Shown here: piece after piece, positions 1-12,960 of the stretch
How the letters are laid out: each line of letters begins with the position of its first letter
How positions within the stretch are numbered: the first letter of the stretch is position 1
Origin: Octopus vulgaris
Lineage: Eukaryota
Assembly (NCBI GenBank): GCA_951406725.2
Contig: OX597821.1
Span: forward strand, 92,132,001 to 92,196,000
Direction: 5' to 3'
DNA length: 64,000 nt
Position numbers and translations under genes: made by a program
Notes under the pieces: model-generated
The model's database searches: none
Seen by the model: the letters and a program-made list of their open reading frames with translations, nothing else
What the model was told of the DNA's origin: nothing

Positions 1-324
1 TTGGTATAAAATTGCATCAATGACTTGAACTTGAATAAGTGGTTTCACATGAATGGGAATAAATTAAATTAAATCGACTGCGTACTGCTTTTTGATTCAC
101 CGTAAGGTTTGTTGTTATTATTATTACTGTTTAACTATTGTTATCACGTTTGTTGGTCCCTCGTAAGGGAAGCGTTGTTGTGTTGCATTTGTTAAATAAT
201 TGTAAACTGTAACCCTCCCCCTTTGGGAGAAGGAGCTTTGGTTATTGTTTAAAAATTGAATTGTGTCCCTGTTTGGGGAAATTGAAAATATTTTCACCAT
301 TTACACGGAAGCATTTTTGTTACA

Positions 325-870
325 ATGCCTTCAATAGAAGAAAGTCCAAAAATGAATTTCGCTGCAGCCGTCGGCGGGCGCGAACTCATTAAAATTAAAA
401 TGGAAGAAATACAGACCTATTTCAGATTGATCACCAACAAAGACGGTAAATCTAGGATAACACCACTAAACGAAATAAAAAATTAAAATAAAGAAAAACT
501 ATTGTCTATAAAGTATACAATGTAGAGAAAAAAAATGATTTGATCACCTGGAGAAAAGCACCATCAAAATGTGTCTTAGTGTGACTATGAAAGATATCAA
601 GTATCTAACCAGAGGCGGTAAATACGCCACAATAGAAGCAAGATTCGAGTCAACAGAGAGTGCAAGGGAGTACTCGACTTGAACCTTGCAAAGTGGAAAT
701 ATTTTATTTTTACCTTTATATCTGGGACGTAGGACGTCCCCGATAAAAACTTGGAATGTCCCCCCAGAAGTAGAGGTAGGCTGGATTGTAGCCACACTTC
801 TACACAAGAAGGAGGACAAGATACAATTGATCGAAATTGCAAGAGACAGGCCTACAATTCCAGTCTGTTA
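325..870 (+). mobile_element. Decayed ORF1 (5' part) of a non-LTR retrotransposon, L1/Tx1-like
   Basis: ATG at 325 reads MPSIEESPKMNFAAAVGG..., then after stops and frameshifts ...KYATIEARFESTESAREYST*TLQSG...RTSPIKTWNVPPEVEVGWI. The N-terminal FAAAV and the NVPPE segment resemble L1/Tx1 ORF1 (from memory). Truncated before a microsatellite. Confidence 0.45.
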
Positions 871-985
871 TATATTTTGAGTATTGTTATCACTAGCGAT
901 ATCAAGACATAACTTTGTATTTTGTATTTTATGTGTAGATGTATATATATAGATGTACATGTAATATGTACACATATATACATGC

Positions 986-1026
986 ACTAGCACTATGACC
1001 TGGCAACGACGGGTCATAATGCTAGT
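986..1026. mobile_element. Isolated Helitron 3'-terminal hairpin
   Basis: ACTAGCACTATGACC-TGGCAACGAC-GGGTCATAATGCTAGT is a near palindrome ending in CTAGT and matches the terminus of the Helitron at 30551-30591. Confidence 0.6.
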
Positions 1027-1096
1027 ATATATATATATATATATACATATACACACACACACACATATATATATATATTTATATTTATATTTATAT

Positions 1097-1148
1097 ACAA
1101 CCCATGCTAGCATGGAAAGCGGACGCTAAATGATGATGATGATGATGA
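1097..1148 (+). mobile_element. RTE-type LINE extreme 3' end with (TGA)n tail
   Basis: aacccatgctagcatggaaagcggacgctaaa(tga)n; same terminus as the RT-linked copy at 33428-34493. Confidence 0.75.
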
Positions 1149-1166
1149 CACACATATATACATATG

Positions 1167-1230
<64 letters not shown>

Positions 1231-2047
1231 GATATACATAGACATGTAGACTATATACTTATGCCTATACACACAGATACATGTACACAAACATATGCAC
1301 ATATACATAAAATTACCTAATTAGCTAAGAAAAATACTAGTGTTTAATGAAACCAGTGACAGAATGTATCAGCAATAATCAAGTAACAAAATTTTCAAAA
1401 CAGAATTATTATAGTGAAATGAAACAAAGTAAATTCTACCATTTTGGAGACAACCTTTACATCTCTTAGACAGTCCTGTTCCAATTAATGTTTTAAGTTT
1501 GATGAAGCTTGCATCAAATTCACAGCATGTTAATATTCTGCTTATGTCTAAGACAGTTATAGCATACTGAGAGCTAATAGACAGATGGATTAATATGGTG
1601 GATTATAATAACTGTAAACAAATGCTCATTACAGATATGAAACGGGAAATTAAAACCTTAATTATTAAGTAACATTCCTGAGATATGACAATGACTAATT
1701 AAAGGTCTTGATATTTGTTTTGATATTATTGATTGATTAGCTGTGGTCATCTTAATCTTCTTTCAGACAGATTAAGAAATGGAAAAGTGGGCTGTTTGTA
1801 TAAATGTCTATCAATAATGAAGTTAAATAATGCTGTAATTTAAGTTCAAATCCCATTAGAATCAATAAAATACTACTAATTCCACTTGGTTGCTGTCTGC
1901 CTGTGTAAGAGATTGGTTATCTCATAACATATTTCGTGAAAATAAGATGGAACATTCAATCATGATGGAATTAACGAATTAGTTCTAAAGAAGGTCCCAA
2001 AGCTGAATAAAACTCAACTGTTACCAGTGCAACAAAGAGAAGGGTTA

Positions 2048-2200
2048 TGAGTTCCATCACTGAAGCAGCAGAGAATGTCACTAAGTAGCTTTGAATAAAT
2101 AAGAAAGACCAGTGGTTTGCTGCTATAGAAACACAAGTTGGGACTTGGTCACCCCCAGCTGGGTCAACTGGACAAGTGTGACTGATGTTGAAAGACACCA
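2048..2200 (+). mobile_element. Possible Copia-type RT N-terminal remnant
   Basis: Frameshifted peptides EAAENVTK*L..KKDQWFAAIE / TSWDLVTP(P)AG / CD(W)MLK resemble the Copia pattern EP..EAL...W..A..EE / TWDLV..P.G / CKWVFK. Confidence 0.35.
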
Positions 2201-2380
2201 AACTCACTGAAACCCCCCAAAACATCACTGATGATGCATCCCAAAGTATCTGCAAGTTGTATCTTAAAACTGACCCTTATATTTTAGAGGCTATAATACA
2301 TTAAATTATTTTGGAACAAAACAAATAATTATTCGCTGAGCACATATATTTTATATATACAAACATATATATATATATAT

Positions 2381-2627
2381 AAAGTTAATCCAAACAAGAA
2401 AACACAGAAAAAAAGAGAAAAAAATAAAATAAAAAAAAACACACAGCAACGCAGGACGTGGAACAATTAAAGTATTATTGATGCTCAGGAAAGAAGGAAA
2501 GAAGGAGGGTTTAACGTTTCGAGCGGAGCTCTTCGTCGGAAACAAGGAGAAGAAAAGATCGCAAGAAGGGAAGACAGAGGAAAAAATATTTGAGCTGGTG
2601 GTGCTCAAGAGATCACATGTTGATCAC
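2381..2627 (-). mobile_element. Short Penelope-like 3' fragment (family P1) between (TA)n tracts
   Basis: Homologous to 58682-58893; contains a minimal hammerhead motif at 2509-2543; (TA)n on both sides. Confidence 0.7.
2509..2543 (-). ncRNA. Minimal type I hammerhead ribozyme motif, variant core
   Basis: Minus strand: GTTT CCGACGA A GAGC-tcc-GCTC GAA ACGT T AAAC. Stem I GTTT/AAAC, stem II GAGC/GCTC, palindromic stem III ACGT, GUU triplet; core has C at U4 and an extra A after A9. Confidence 0.65.
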
Positions 2628-2916
2628 ATATATATATATATATACCGTTGTGTCAACACACGAACTTGCATAAAGAATCTTGCAAACCAAATCCCAAAAC
2701 GAAACATATACATATATATATATACACACATATATATATATATGCATATATATATACATAAATCCTTAAAAATGTTTTAGCCCGAAGGCTGCAGCCATGC
2801 TGTGGCACCACCGCTGTAGAAAAAACACTGACTACTTTTACAAAGATTGAACCTTTGTTAAAGAGGTTCATGTGTTGTTGTATCCATGACTTTACCCACA
2901 AGACCATTCAGACAAC

Positions 2917-2917
<1 letters not shown>

Positions 2918-3013
<96 letters not shown>

Positions 3014-3033
3014 TAGATATAGTTAGATAGATA
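2918..3033. repeat. (GATA)n microsatellite
   Basis: Direct reading. Confidence 0.95.
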
Positions 3034-3235
3034 TAAGAGGGTGTGCTGAAAAGTTCCTGTCTCTAAAGGTATCATGAAAGGCCCGAACTTCCAAGTTCTT
3101 TTACAGGGCTTAGAAAAACTGAAGGACTACCGCAATAATTGTATGAATCTGAGAGAAGAATATGTTGAATGAAATCCTTATTAACTGATCTTCCTGTGTT
3201 TTCTTTTACTCTAAGCTAAGAACTTTCAGCACCCT

Positions 3236-3241
<6 letters not shown>
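3034..3241 (+). mobile_element. Mariner-derived MITE
   Basis: Imperfect TIRs gagggtgtgctgaaaagttcc / gaactttcagcaccctt. Internal LQGLEKLKDYRNNCMNLREEYVE* matches the mariner transposase C-terminus. Confidence 0.7.
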
Positions 3242-3273
<32 letters not shown>

Positions 3274-3688
3274 TTACTCTTTTACTCTTTTACTCTTTTA
3301 CTTGTTTCAGTCATTTGACTGCGGCCATGCTGGAGCACCAACTTTAGTCGAGCAAATCGACCCCGGGACTTATTCTTTTGTAAGCCCAGTACTTATTCTA
3401 TCGGTCTCTTTTGCCGAACCGCTAAGTGATGGGGACGTAAACACACCAGCATCGGTTGTCATGCAACGCTAGGGGGACAAACACAGACACACAAACATAC
3501 ACACACACATATATATATATGGTTGTATACGATGGGCTTCTTTCAGTTCCCGTCTACCAAATCCACTCACAAGGCTTTGGTTGGCCTGAGGCTATAGTAG
3601 AAGACACTTGCCCAAGATGCCACGCAGTGGGACTGAACCCGGAACCATGTGGTTGGTAAGCAAGCTACTTACCACACAGCCACTCCTG
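3274..3688 (-). mobile_element. tRNA-derived SINE family A with internal (TA)/(TG) tract
   Basis: Minus-strand head caggagtggctgtgtggtaag...ggttcagtccc (A/B-box-like), tail ...gcagtcaaatgactgaaacaa(gtaaaaga)n; more than 10 copies in the window. Confidence 0.9.
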
Positions 3689-3893
3689 TATATACATATA
3701 TAGTTTATCGTTCCATTGTAAGATTAACAATGAATTATTCCATCCAGTAAGAGATAAATATCACATGATACACACCATATCTAAATATGAGCCACTAATA
3801 ATTTCATGCTGTGGAAACTCTAATTCAGTATATTTGTATAATGCGTCTTGTGACTACAAGCAATACTTCAGACTGAGTGTATATTGTTAGACC

Positions 3894-4275
3894 GGTGGAG
3901 GCACAATGGCCCAGTGGTTAGGGCAGCGGACTCGCGGTCATAGGATCGTGGTTTCGATTCCCAGACCGGGCATTGTGAGTGTTTATTGAGCGAAAACACC
4001 TAAAGCTCCACGAGGCTCCGGCAGGGGATGGTGGTGATCCCTGCTGTACTCTTTCACCACAACTTTCTCTCACTCTTACTTCCTGTTTCTGTTGTACCTG
4101 TATTTCAAAGAGCCGGCCTTGTCACTCTCTGTGTCACGCTGAATTCCCCGAGAACTGCGTTAAGGGTACACGTGTCTGTGGAGTGCTCAGCCACTTACAC
4201 GTTAATTTCACGAGCAGGCTGTTCCGTTGATCGGATCAACCGGAACCCTCGTCGTCGTAACCGACGGAGTGCTTC
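3894..4275 (+). mobile_element. tRNA-derived SINE family C, full length
   Basis: tRNA-like head tggcccagtggttagggcagcggactcgcgg...ggtttcgattcc; perfect 14-bp TSD tatattgttagacc at 3880-3893 and 4276-4289. Confidence 0.9.
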
Positions 4276-4623
4276 TATATTGTTAGACCTATTTGACAAC
4301 CAGGAAGCTGGTCTTTGAGAAAATGTAAGACAAAACAAGAAGGCTACACCAGAGCAGACTTTTCTGTGGATGACATTGTATAATGCTTTAGTAAAAACAT
4401 CATGTAACAATGGAATGTAGTGGTTCTATGACATTTTCGGCTTGTTGTTGTTTAGTTGTGTTATGTCTTCTATGGAAGGGTGACATAATTTAACATTTGC
4501 TGTTGCCTCAGGGAGTTTATAGATTTCATGGTCCTGTTTGTTTATATGATATTTTGTAGCTGTCACCAGCATAACATTCAAGTAGTGACGTACTGTAATG
4601 CTCACAAGTTCAGAATTGACTAC

Positions 4624-4750
4624 ATCATCATCATCATCGTCGTCATTGTTTAATGGTCGTTTTCCATGCTGATATGAGTTAGACAGCTTGACAGGAGTTG
4701 GTAAGCTAGAGAACTACACCAGACTTCAGTTGATTATTTTGGCTTGATTT
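4624..4750 (-). mobile_element. RTE-type LINE 3' end fragment
   Basis: (cat)n followed by gtttaatggtcgttttccatgctg..., homologous to 33428-33560. Confidence 0.65.
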
Positions 4751-4771
4751 ATATATGTACACATATACACG

Positions 4772-5143
4772 TACTCTTTTACTCTTTTACTTGTTTCAGT
4801 CATTTGACTGCGGCCATGCTGGAGCACCGCCTTTAATCAAGCACTTATTCTATCTGTCTCTTTTGCCGAACCGCTAAGTAACAGGGACATAAATACACCA
4901 GCATCGGTTCTCAAGCAATGCTAGGGGGGCAAACACAGACACACAAACACAGACACGCATATATATAAATATACATATATACGACGGGCTTCTTTTCAGT
5001 TTCCGTCTACCAAATCCACTCACAAGGCTTTGGTTGGCCCAAGGCTATAGTAGAAGACACTTGCCCAAGGTGCCACGCAGTGGGACTGAACCTGGAACCA
5101 TGTGGTTGGTAAACAAGCTACTTACCACACAGCCACTCCTGCG
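4772..5143 (-). mobile_element. SINE family A
   Basis: Aligns with 3274-3688, with a small internal deletion. Confidence 0.9.
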
Positions 5144-5593
5144 CATATATACTCCACATATATACATAAAGAGCATCTTTCCCATTCTATCTACTGAATC
5201 CATTTACAAGGCTTTGATCAGCCCAGGATTGTAGAAAAGACACCAACCCAGGACCTCACATTTGGGACCTGAATCTGAAACCAGGTTGTTGGGAAGCAAA
5301 CTTCTTAACAACACGACTTTAAAGTTACATAAGTGATTTAAGGGTCAAGAGTTTCACGTGTAGTACTAATATATACATTTATACACATAGAACCAAAAAG
5401 ATACTGCCCAGAGCACTTAAGAGTTATTTCATTAGGTCAAATAAAAACAAAAAGTGTTGGAGAAGAGAACAGGGATATGGGAATGGCTAATGCTGTTGAG
5501 TTCTCTCTCCTTTACATAACATTTCAAATGGTGAAGAATACAATTAGAGCAAAGTGACAACACACTTCAGAGGAAAATTTACACATCTTTACC

Positions 5594-5594
<1 letters not shown>

Positions 5595-5686
<92 letters not shown>

Positions 5687-5757
5687 ATACATACATTCAT
5701 GCATACATACATATATATTATGAGTGTGTTTGTGTGTGTACATGTATGTATATATAC

Positions 5758-5796
<39 letters not shown>

Positions 5797-5879
5797 CATA
5801 CATTCATGCATACATACATATATATTATGAGTGTGTTTTGTGTGTACATGTATGTATATATACGTATATGTTTTTTTTT

Positions 5880-5932
<53 letters not shown>

Positions 5933-6020
5933 CTGTATGTATATATTATATATATGTATATATATGAATGCATATATATATATTATATATATGTATGTAT
6001 CTGTATGCATATATATATAT
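5595..6020. repeat. Compound (CT)n/(TA)n/(TG)n microsatellite with a duplicated block
   Basis: Block atacattcatgcatacatacatatatattatgagtgtgttt...tacgta occurs twice. Confidence 0.9.
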
Positions 6021-6564
6021 CCTTATTTTTTTGTCTGTCTATCAACTGAATAATAGTTTTGTCTTAAATGAAAGCCATTAGTTTTGTCTGAAGTTAAAGA
6101 TACTATGAAAGAAAATCATCTTTCACAATAATTCCTTTTCAAAAGCTTCTGCCGAATTATCCAAAGACAATTTTGCAGAGTAATATTATTTGCATATAGA
6201 GTCATTTATGCAAATCTATGCTTAATCTTACGTCTGAAAAAAAATAAAGGCAGTAAAATTAAATAGAGAAATATATTTGTCTTTTTCACTCAGTTATTCA
6301 AGCAGAAGATTTTCCATTATTTCTTTCAGCAATGGATTGAAAGAAATTAAGTGGAAAGAATGTTGTTAAGTAACTGATGACAGAGGAAAACAATGAGGCA
6401 CGTAATGGAATATAGAAGAAAAACTGTGAGATGAAATCAGAGACACTAATACATGTGTGTGTGTGTGTGTGTGTTTGCGTGTTTGTGTGTGTGTTTGTGT
6501 GTTTGTGTTCGTGTGTGTGTACATCTATGCAGGCACATATACCTATGTATATTTTCAAAGAGGA

Positions 6565-6604
<40 letters not shown>

Positions 6605-6619
6605 ATATATATATGTATA

Positions 6620-6706
<87 letters not shown>

Positions 6707-6840
6707 GTATATATATGTGTGTTTGTGTGTGAGGAATATATATACATATGCATATATATATATTTCATTTTTGGATTTGGTTATATATATATATATATGT
6801 ATATCTGTATGTATGTATGAATGTAAATATGTACATATAG

Positions 6841-6881
<41 letters not shown>

Positions 6882-8016
6882 TGTGGTTGCACTCCAAAGA
6901 AGACAATAAATGCATAATTTGTATGGGTAGACTAGGCCTAAGAAAAAATGTTTTTGCTTATGTGTATGTAGGTTGTGTTGAATTTTAAGTAAAAACTGAA
7001 TTATTTCAGAGAAAAAGGTGACAACTTTTCAGCTTGAAATCTTCCAGTTCATATCACATCACTGGCATTGTGATATGTCCATAGGCAAAATATAAAGTTA
7101 TTGCAGATCTATGAAGTTAAGGCTAGATTCTGTGAAATTTGGATGGTGCTATAGCCCCAAGTAATCTCTGAATGAGCAGGTATTCTGATCAAAATCGATG
7201 TTTTCATGACCATCCTGTCATCTATTCAAACAGTGTTTCCTAGAATTACATTATCTAATGTGTCCTTCTAATGATGTTAGGGTGTTGTTTACAGGAGATT
7301 TGACTGCCATTTCTAAAACTTGAGAAACCCTAAAACATGAAAAATTTTCTTTGTTTTGATTATCTTGTATAATTAGTCGTATAATTATTACGTGTAATTA
7401 TATTGGTGATGAATCACAAAGGGAAGTCTTAATTAGTGATATTTCATTAACATAATTATAACAAATCTGTGAGATTTTAGATTGTATTTCGGCTTATCAG
7501 TGAGATGGATTAGCAGAAGTGTTACAGAGGGTCAAGCAAGATATCTGACTGTTTGCATTCTGATAACAACACCTGCAATGACAATGATGCCAAGCTGCAT
7601 TGGCCCCAAGTTGGTGATCTTTCCTTTCGATATAATTTGGTGGATTGGATAATGGAGAATCGTTTGAGTAATGGCCAATCTTCCTCAAAAAGTCATGCTC
7701 AGGTCTGCTTATACGTTCTCATTAGCATGACCATCCTTAACTGATGGAAGCTGCATCACCTCTCACTAAGGATAAATTGAAAGCATGATAGATACAAGTG
7801 CAAGAATTAATATATACCAGAGAGGAATGCCTGCCACAGACTTTACATACATTTACATCTTTATTTATTGGATAAAGTAAGTATAATTATAAACTTAGTT
7901 AAATGGAACAGGTAACTCAAAAGTGTTTTGAGACCTCATAGACAGAGTACCAAAATATAAGTTTAAGGAGATTCATAAATATGAGCTTCAGAATATAGAA
8001 TTTGAAAGATATGCTA

Positions 8017-8581
8017 TTGGGTTGTCTGGAAAGTTTGTGCCGATTCATAGTAGCTTACATTTTGACTTATTTTAGAACATGGTTGTGTCCATAAAATAAG
8101 ATTTGACTACACCTCCATTTAGAGCACAGTTTAAGCTATCTTTTCGAGGAAGAAGATTTGTGTTCCTATAACCTGTGTCAATTCTGTAACCCTTTAAAAC
8201 AGAAGATAAGAAAGTTCATTTTCGGCACTTGATGCTTTGGGAACCAGAAAAAAATTTCTGCAACTCAGCTGGGATGTGTTACCCCACCCTCCATATTCAC
8301 CAGATATTGCTCCTTCAGATTTCCACTCATTCAGGTCTCTGCAGAATAGTCTTAATGGTAAAAATTTCAATTCCTTGGATGGCATAAAAAGATATATTGA
8401 TGAATTCTTTGCCATGAAACCACCCCAAATCTAGGAAGAGGGTATTTTCAAGTTAAAGGAAAGATGGAGACACATTGTGCAACAAAATGGTTCATATTTG
8501 GTTGATTAAAAATGTAATGGCAAGTATTTATTGACCTTTATTTTCCTTTAAATATTGGCACGAACTTTCCGGACAACCCGA
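8017..8581 (+). mobile_element. Internally deleted mariner element
   Basis: 28-bp TIRs (ttgggttgtctggaaagtttgtgccgat / attggcacgaactttccggacaacccga), TA on both sides; encodes WDVLPHPPYSPDIAPSDFHSFRSLQ...FKLKERWRHIVQQNGSY (YSPDLAPxD motif) with an internal stop. Confidence 0.92.
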
Positions 8582-8799
8582 TAATTCTTAAAGAAGATCA
8601 TGTAGACATTGTTTTAAAGAGAAAAATTGGGTAAAGAAACTTAGAGTAAAGTTTAGTAAATGTTATTCAGTAATAGTGTTGAGAGGATAAAATCAGTCAA
8701 ACCAGTTCGCAAAATAGGAATACATACTATTTTAGAAATGGTAGGGCAGACACAGAAGGGAACACAACTTAGTGGTAGGCTGGTTATCGGAATATATTT

Positions 8800-9170
8800 T
8801 CTATTCTTTTACTTGTTTCAGTCATTTGACTGCGGCCATGCTGGACCACTGCCTTTAGTTGAGTAAATTGACCCCAGGACTTATTCTTTGTAAGCCTAGG
8901 CTCTTTTGCCAAGCCACTAAGTTATGGGGACATAAATGCACCAGCATCAGTTGTCAATCGATGTTGGTGGGGTGGGGGACAAACACAGACACACAAACAC
9001 ACACACACACATATACAATGGGCTTCTTTCAGTTTCCATCTACCATATCCACTCACAAGGCATTGGCCAGCCTGAGGCTTTAGTAGAAGACTCTTACCCA
9101 AGGTGCCATGCAGTGGGACTGAACCTGGCACGATGTGGTTGATAAGTAAGCTACTTACCCAACAGCCACA
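8800..9170 (-). mobile_element. SINE family A
   Basis: Aligns with 3274-3688, more diverged. Confidence 0.85.
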
Positions 9171-9291
9171 AATATTAGTGATGAAATTATGTTTAATAGT
9201 CTCTTTTGAAAACACACTCCAGACTGCAAGTGAATGTTATTGCAGTAAAGTCCCAGCTAATGGTAATTGTAGATCATTTATATAGTTTGTG

Positions 9292-9603
9292 AAGAAGTGT
9301 AGTTTAGTGGTTAGGGTATTTGGCTCATGATCGTAACGTCACAAGTTCAATTCTTTGTGGTGTATTGTGTGTTTAAGCAAAACACTTTATTCTACATTGC
9401 TCCCCTGCACTCAGCTAGCCATGATTAATTGTACCAGTAATTTAAAGGACCAGCTTAGTCATATTCTATATCATGTTGAATCTCCCTGAGAACTACATTA
9501 AAAGTACACATGCCTGTGAAGTGCTCAGCCACCTGCACTTTAATTTCATGAGTAGGCTGTTCCATTGAGCAGATTAACTGGAACCCTCATCATCATAACC
9601 AAT
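9292..9603 (+). mobile_element. Diverged SINE related to family C, interrupted near its 3' end
   Basis: 3' half matches 4090-4270; the tail resumes at 10019-10040 after the family B insertion. Confidence 0.7.
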
Positions 9604-10018
9604 GGCGGCAAGCTGGTAGAATCGTTAGCGTGCCGGACGAAATGCTTAGCGCCATTTCGTCTGTCGTTATGTTCTGAGTTCAAATTCTGCCGAGGTCGAC
9701 TTTGCCTTTCATCCTTTTGGGGTCGATAAATAAAGTACCAGTTTCGCACTGGGGTCGATATAATCAACTTAATCCCTTTGTCTGTCTTTGTTTGTCCCCT
9801 CTATGTTTAGCCCCTTGTGGGTAATAAAGAAATAGGTATTTCGTCTGTCATTACGTTCTGAGTTCAAATTCCGCCGAGGTCGACTTTGCCTTTCATCCTT
9901 TCGGGGTCGATAAATAAAGTACCACTTTCGCACTGGGGTCGATGTAATCAACTTAATCCCTTTGTCTGTCTTTGTTTGTCCCCTCTATGTTTAGCCCCTT
10001 GTGGGTAGTAAAGAAATA
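9604..10018 (+). mobile_element. SINE family B with a tandem duplication of its 3' ~180 bp
   Basis: Head ggcggcaagctggtagaatcgttagc; body gtcgactttgcctttcatcctttcggggtcgataaa..aagtacc (resembles the Meta domain, from memory); TSD atcataaccaat at 9592-9603 and 10019-10030. Confidence 0.88.
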
Positions 10019-10752
10019 ATCATAACCAATGGAATACCAATTAATATAGTTTGTGGCTAATTATTTCATAGCTCTGAGTGAAAGACCCAGTCTTTGTGAT
10101 GCAGAGTAGACTATGTGAGAAGGATGGCCTACAATAAAAATTCATAATCTATAAAAAGCATGATGGAATAAGCACCGTGACAGACATGAACTGTATGCAA
10201 CCGAAGTGGCTGTTGTGTTTCTTAGAGATGTACTTTATACCGATGCTTTGAAACTGTTTATGCAAGTGAGTCCATACAAACATACATTCACATAAACACA
10301 CACATAGACACACACACACACACTGTCACACTAATTTCAAAAGCCATTATAGAGTATATGGATAGTTAAATTACGTGGCTGCTCAAACACATGATCTGTC
10401 ATTACCTTCAGCAATAAGTTCAGCAAAAGTCTTTCATCAGACTTTATATCAAATTAAATTTAGCTCTTATTTGTTTGTTGACAAAAGACAATTTACATGC
10501 AGCAGCAACCACACATGCAACAAACATAACCGAATTATCAAAGGCTGTGCGTTTGCCATGTGATAGAAATCTTCACGACTTACAAAATGTGTATCTTTGA
10601 AGGAGGGGGGGGGTGAAGTGGATGGGTGGGTAGGTGAGAAAGAACAATGTTACATTTTCTAAAAGTTATTTTATAACATGACTTAGAAAGGAGAATTGGC
10701 CAGAGGTACAAATATTTCAAGACAAACATCCATCCTGTGAATGCGTATGTAT

Positions 10753-10788
<36 letters not shown>

Positions 10789-11097
10789 ATCCTGTGAATT
10801 AGTGCGTATGCGTGTTAGTGCCTTCAATGCATTTTTATCATTGTGTACCGTTAATAGATAGAAAAGTTTTCCAAGTGTGTTAATTTGATTTGTTTTCATT
10901 TTATTAGCAGTTAATAAACCCTTCATCCGTGAAATACTTAAAGTAATCTTTTAAAAATTTGAAGGCTTTTGTTTGCAATCGTGTTTTTTTAATGAAGCTA
11001 AGTAATGTACAAGAAAAAAACAAAAGAAAAACAATGTACCAAGATAGGAAAATTAATGAGGAGTCCAGCATTTTAACCATTTAAAGACTTCAAGATG

Positions 11098-11442
11098 TTC
11101 ATCATAATCATCATCGCCATCGTTGTCATCGTTGTCATCATCATCGTCATCGTCATCGTCATCAAATCATTACCATTATCATCATCACCATAACTATCAG
11201 CATCATCATAATCATCATCTTCATCGTCTTCTTCATCTCTACCACTATAACACCACCACCACCACCACCACCACCACCACCACCACCACCACCACCACCA
11301 CCACCACCACCACCACCACTAAAACCACCACCACCACCAGCACCACCACCACCACCACCACCACTACCACCACCAACACCACCACCAACACTACCACCAC
11401 CACCACCACCACCACCACCACCACCACCACCACCATCATCAT
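11098..11442. repeat. (CAT)n/(CAC)n trinucleotide tract
   Basis: Direct reading. Confidence 0.95.
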
Positions 11443-11802
11443 CTCTAACTTGTACCAGTTTTTGTTCATAGTTACTTTTCTAGTGAAATGTATTGTCTGC
11501 ATTGTGGCTTTGTAAGTCAACTTCACTTTGTTTCTTCCTTATACAAACGTAGAAAAGACACACAAGAACACACAACCTTTACTTCAATATGTACTTGATC
11601 ACACGCACACACTCATACACATGCACGCACGCACGCACACACATACACACATGTGCACACAAACACATACACATACACACACATGCAAATACAAAAGATA
11701 TAAAGACAAGCTGACTTTGATAATTAAATAGATTGTAGAAATGGCAACAAGATAATTCTATGAAAGATGATAGAGATTATGGCGAATAAGACGCATATAA
11801 GT

Positions 11803-11838
<36 letters not shown>

Positions 11839-12221
11839 TGAAAGTAAAAGGAGTATTTAGCTACAGATGTGAAGCAACAGAAAAAAAAGAGAGAAAGGAG
11901 GGGAGAGTGTGGGAGGTTTAGATTTATTTCTTTATTTTTATGTCCATTTTCCATGCTAGAATGGGTTAGATGAATATATTATTGAGGCATTGTTTTACAG
12001 AGGGGCAATTTTCCTTTTACTGACTCTTACATATCCCTAGATATGTGAATTTTTTTTTATATATTTCAGGTTTTGTCATGGTTGCTGTTGCTTTATATGT
12101 CTGATTTGTTTGAGGATTAGCATTGGATTTGGCTGCGAGATAACTTTGGTGTTTTTAATGTTGATAGTGAAACTGAAAGCTTAACTTGCATTGGGGAAGA
12201 GATTAACAAGATCCTGTAGTA

Positions 12222-12960
12222 GTGGCCAGTGCCGGTGACATATAAAAGGCACCCATGCTAGTGACACATAAAAGGGACCTGTGTCAGTGATACATTAAAG
12301 GCACTCCTTCTGGTGACACGTAAACAGCACTTGTGCCAGTGACATGTAAAAGGTACATATTCTGGCAGGTGACACATAAAAGGCACCTGTACTGATAACA
12401 TGTAAAGGGCTCCTGTGCTGGTGACACATAAAAGGCACCTGTGTCAGTGACACATTAAAGGCACCTGTGTTGGTGACATGTAAAAAGTGCCCGTGCCAGT
12501 GACATATTAAAGGCACCCATGCCAGTGATACATAATAGGTACCCATGCCAGTGGCATGTAAAAGGCTCCTATGCTAGTGACACATTAAAGGCACCTATGC
12601 AAGTGGCACATAGAAGGCACCTGAGCCAGTGACATGAAAAAGGTACCCCTGATGGTGATACTAAAAGCACTCATGTTGGTGACATGTAAAAGGCATCCAT
12701 GCTGGTGATATATTAAAGGTATCCATGCTGGTGACATGTAACAACACCTGTGCAGGTGACAAATAAATAGCACGTGTGATGGGGACACATAAAAAGCACC
12801 CACTAAACCCTTGGAGTAGTTGGTGTTAGAAAGGGCATTCAGCCATAGAAACCAAGCCAAAATCAGACTAGAACCTGGAGCAGATCTCTGGCTTACCAGT
12901 TCCAGTCAAACCATCTAACCCATGCCAGCATAGAAAATGGACGCTAAATGATGATGATGG
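12222..12960 (+). mobile_element. RTE-type LINE 3' UTR containing an expanded 26-bp minisatellite
   Basis: About 22 units like gtgccagtgacacataaaaggcacct at 12228-12801, followed by the standard family 3' end and (TGA)n tail. Confidence 0.85.

Noticed and set aside
3897-3970. tRNA gene
   Set aside because: It is the tRNA-derived head of a TSD-flanked SINE, with no proper acceptor stem or terminator.
5524-6917. Long ORFs rich in YI/HT/CV repeats (also near 16-18, 21, 42, 49.5 and 54-56 kb)
   Set aside because: They are translations of (TA)n/(CA)n microsatellites, which lack stop codons.
12228-12801. CRISPR-like array
   Set aside because: Units are contiguous and degenerate with no unique spacers, there are no cas genes, and the context is a eukaryotic LINE UTR.
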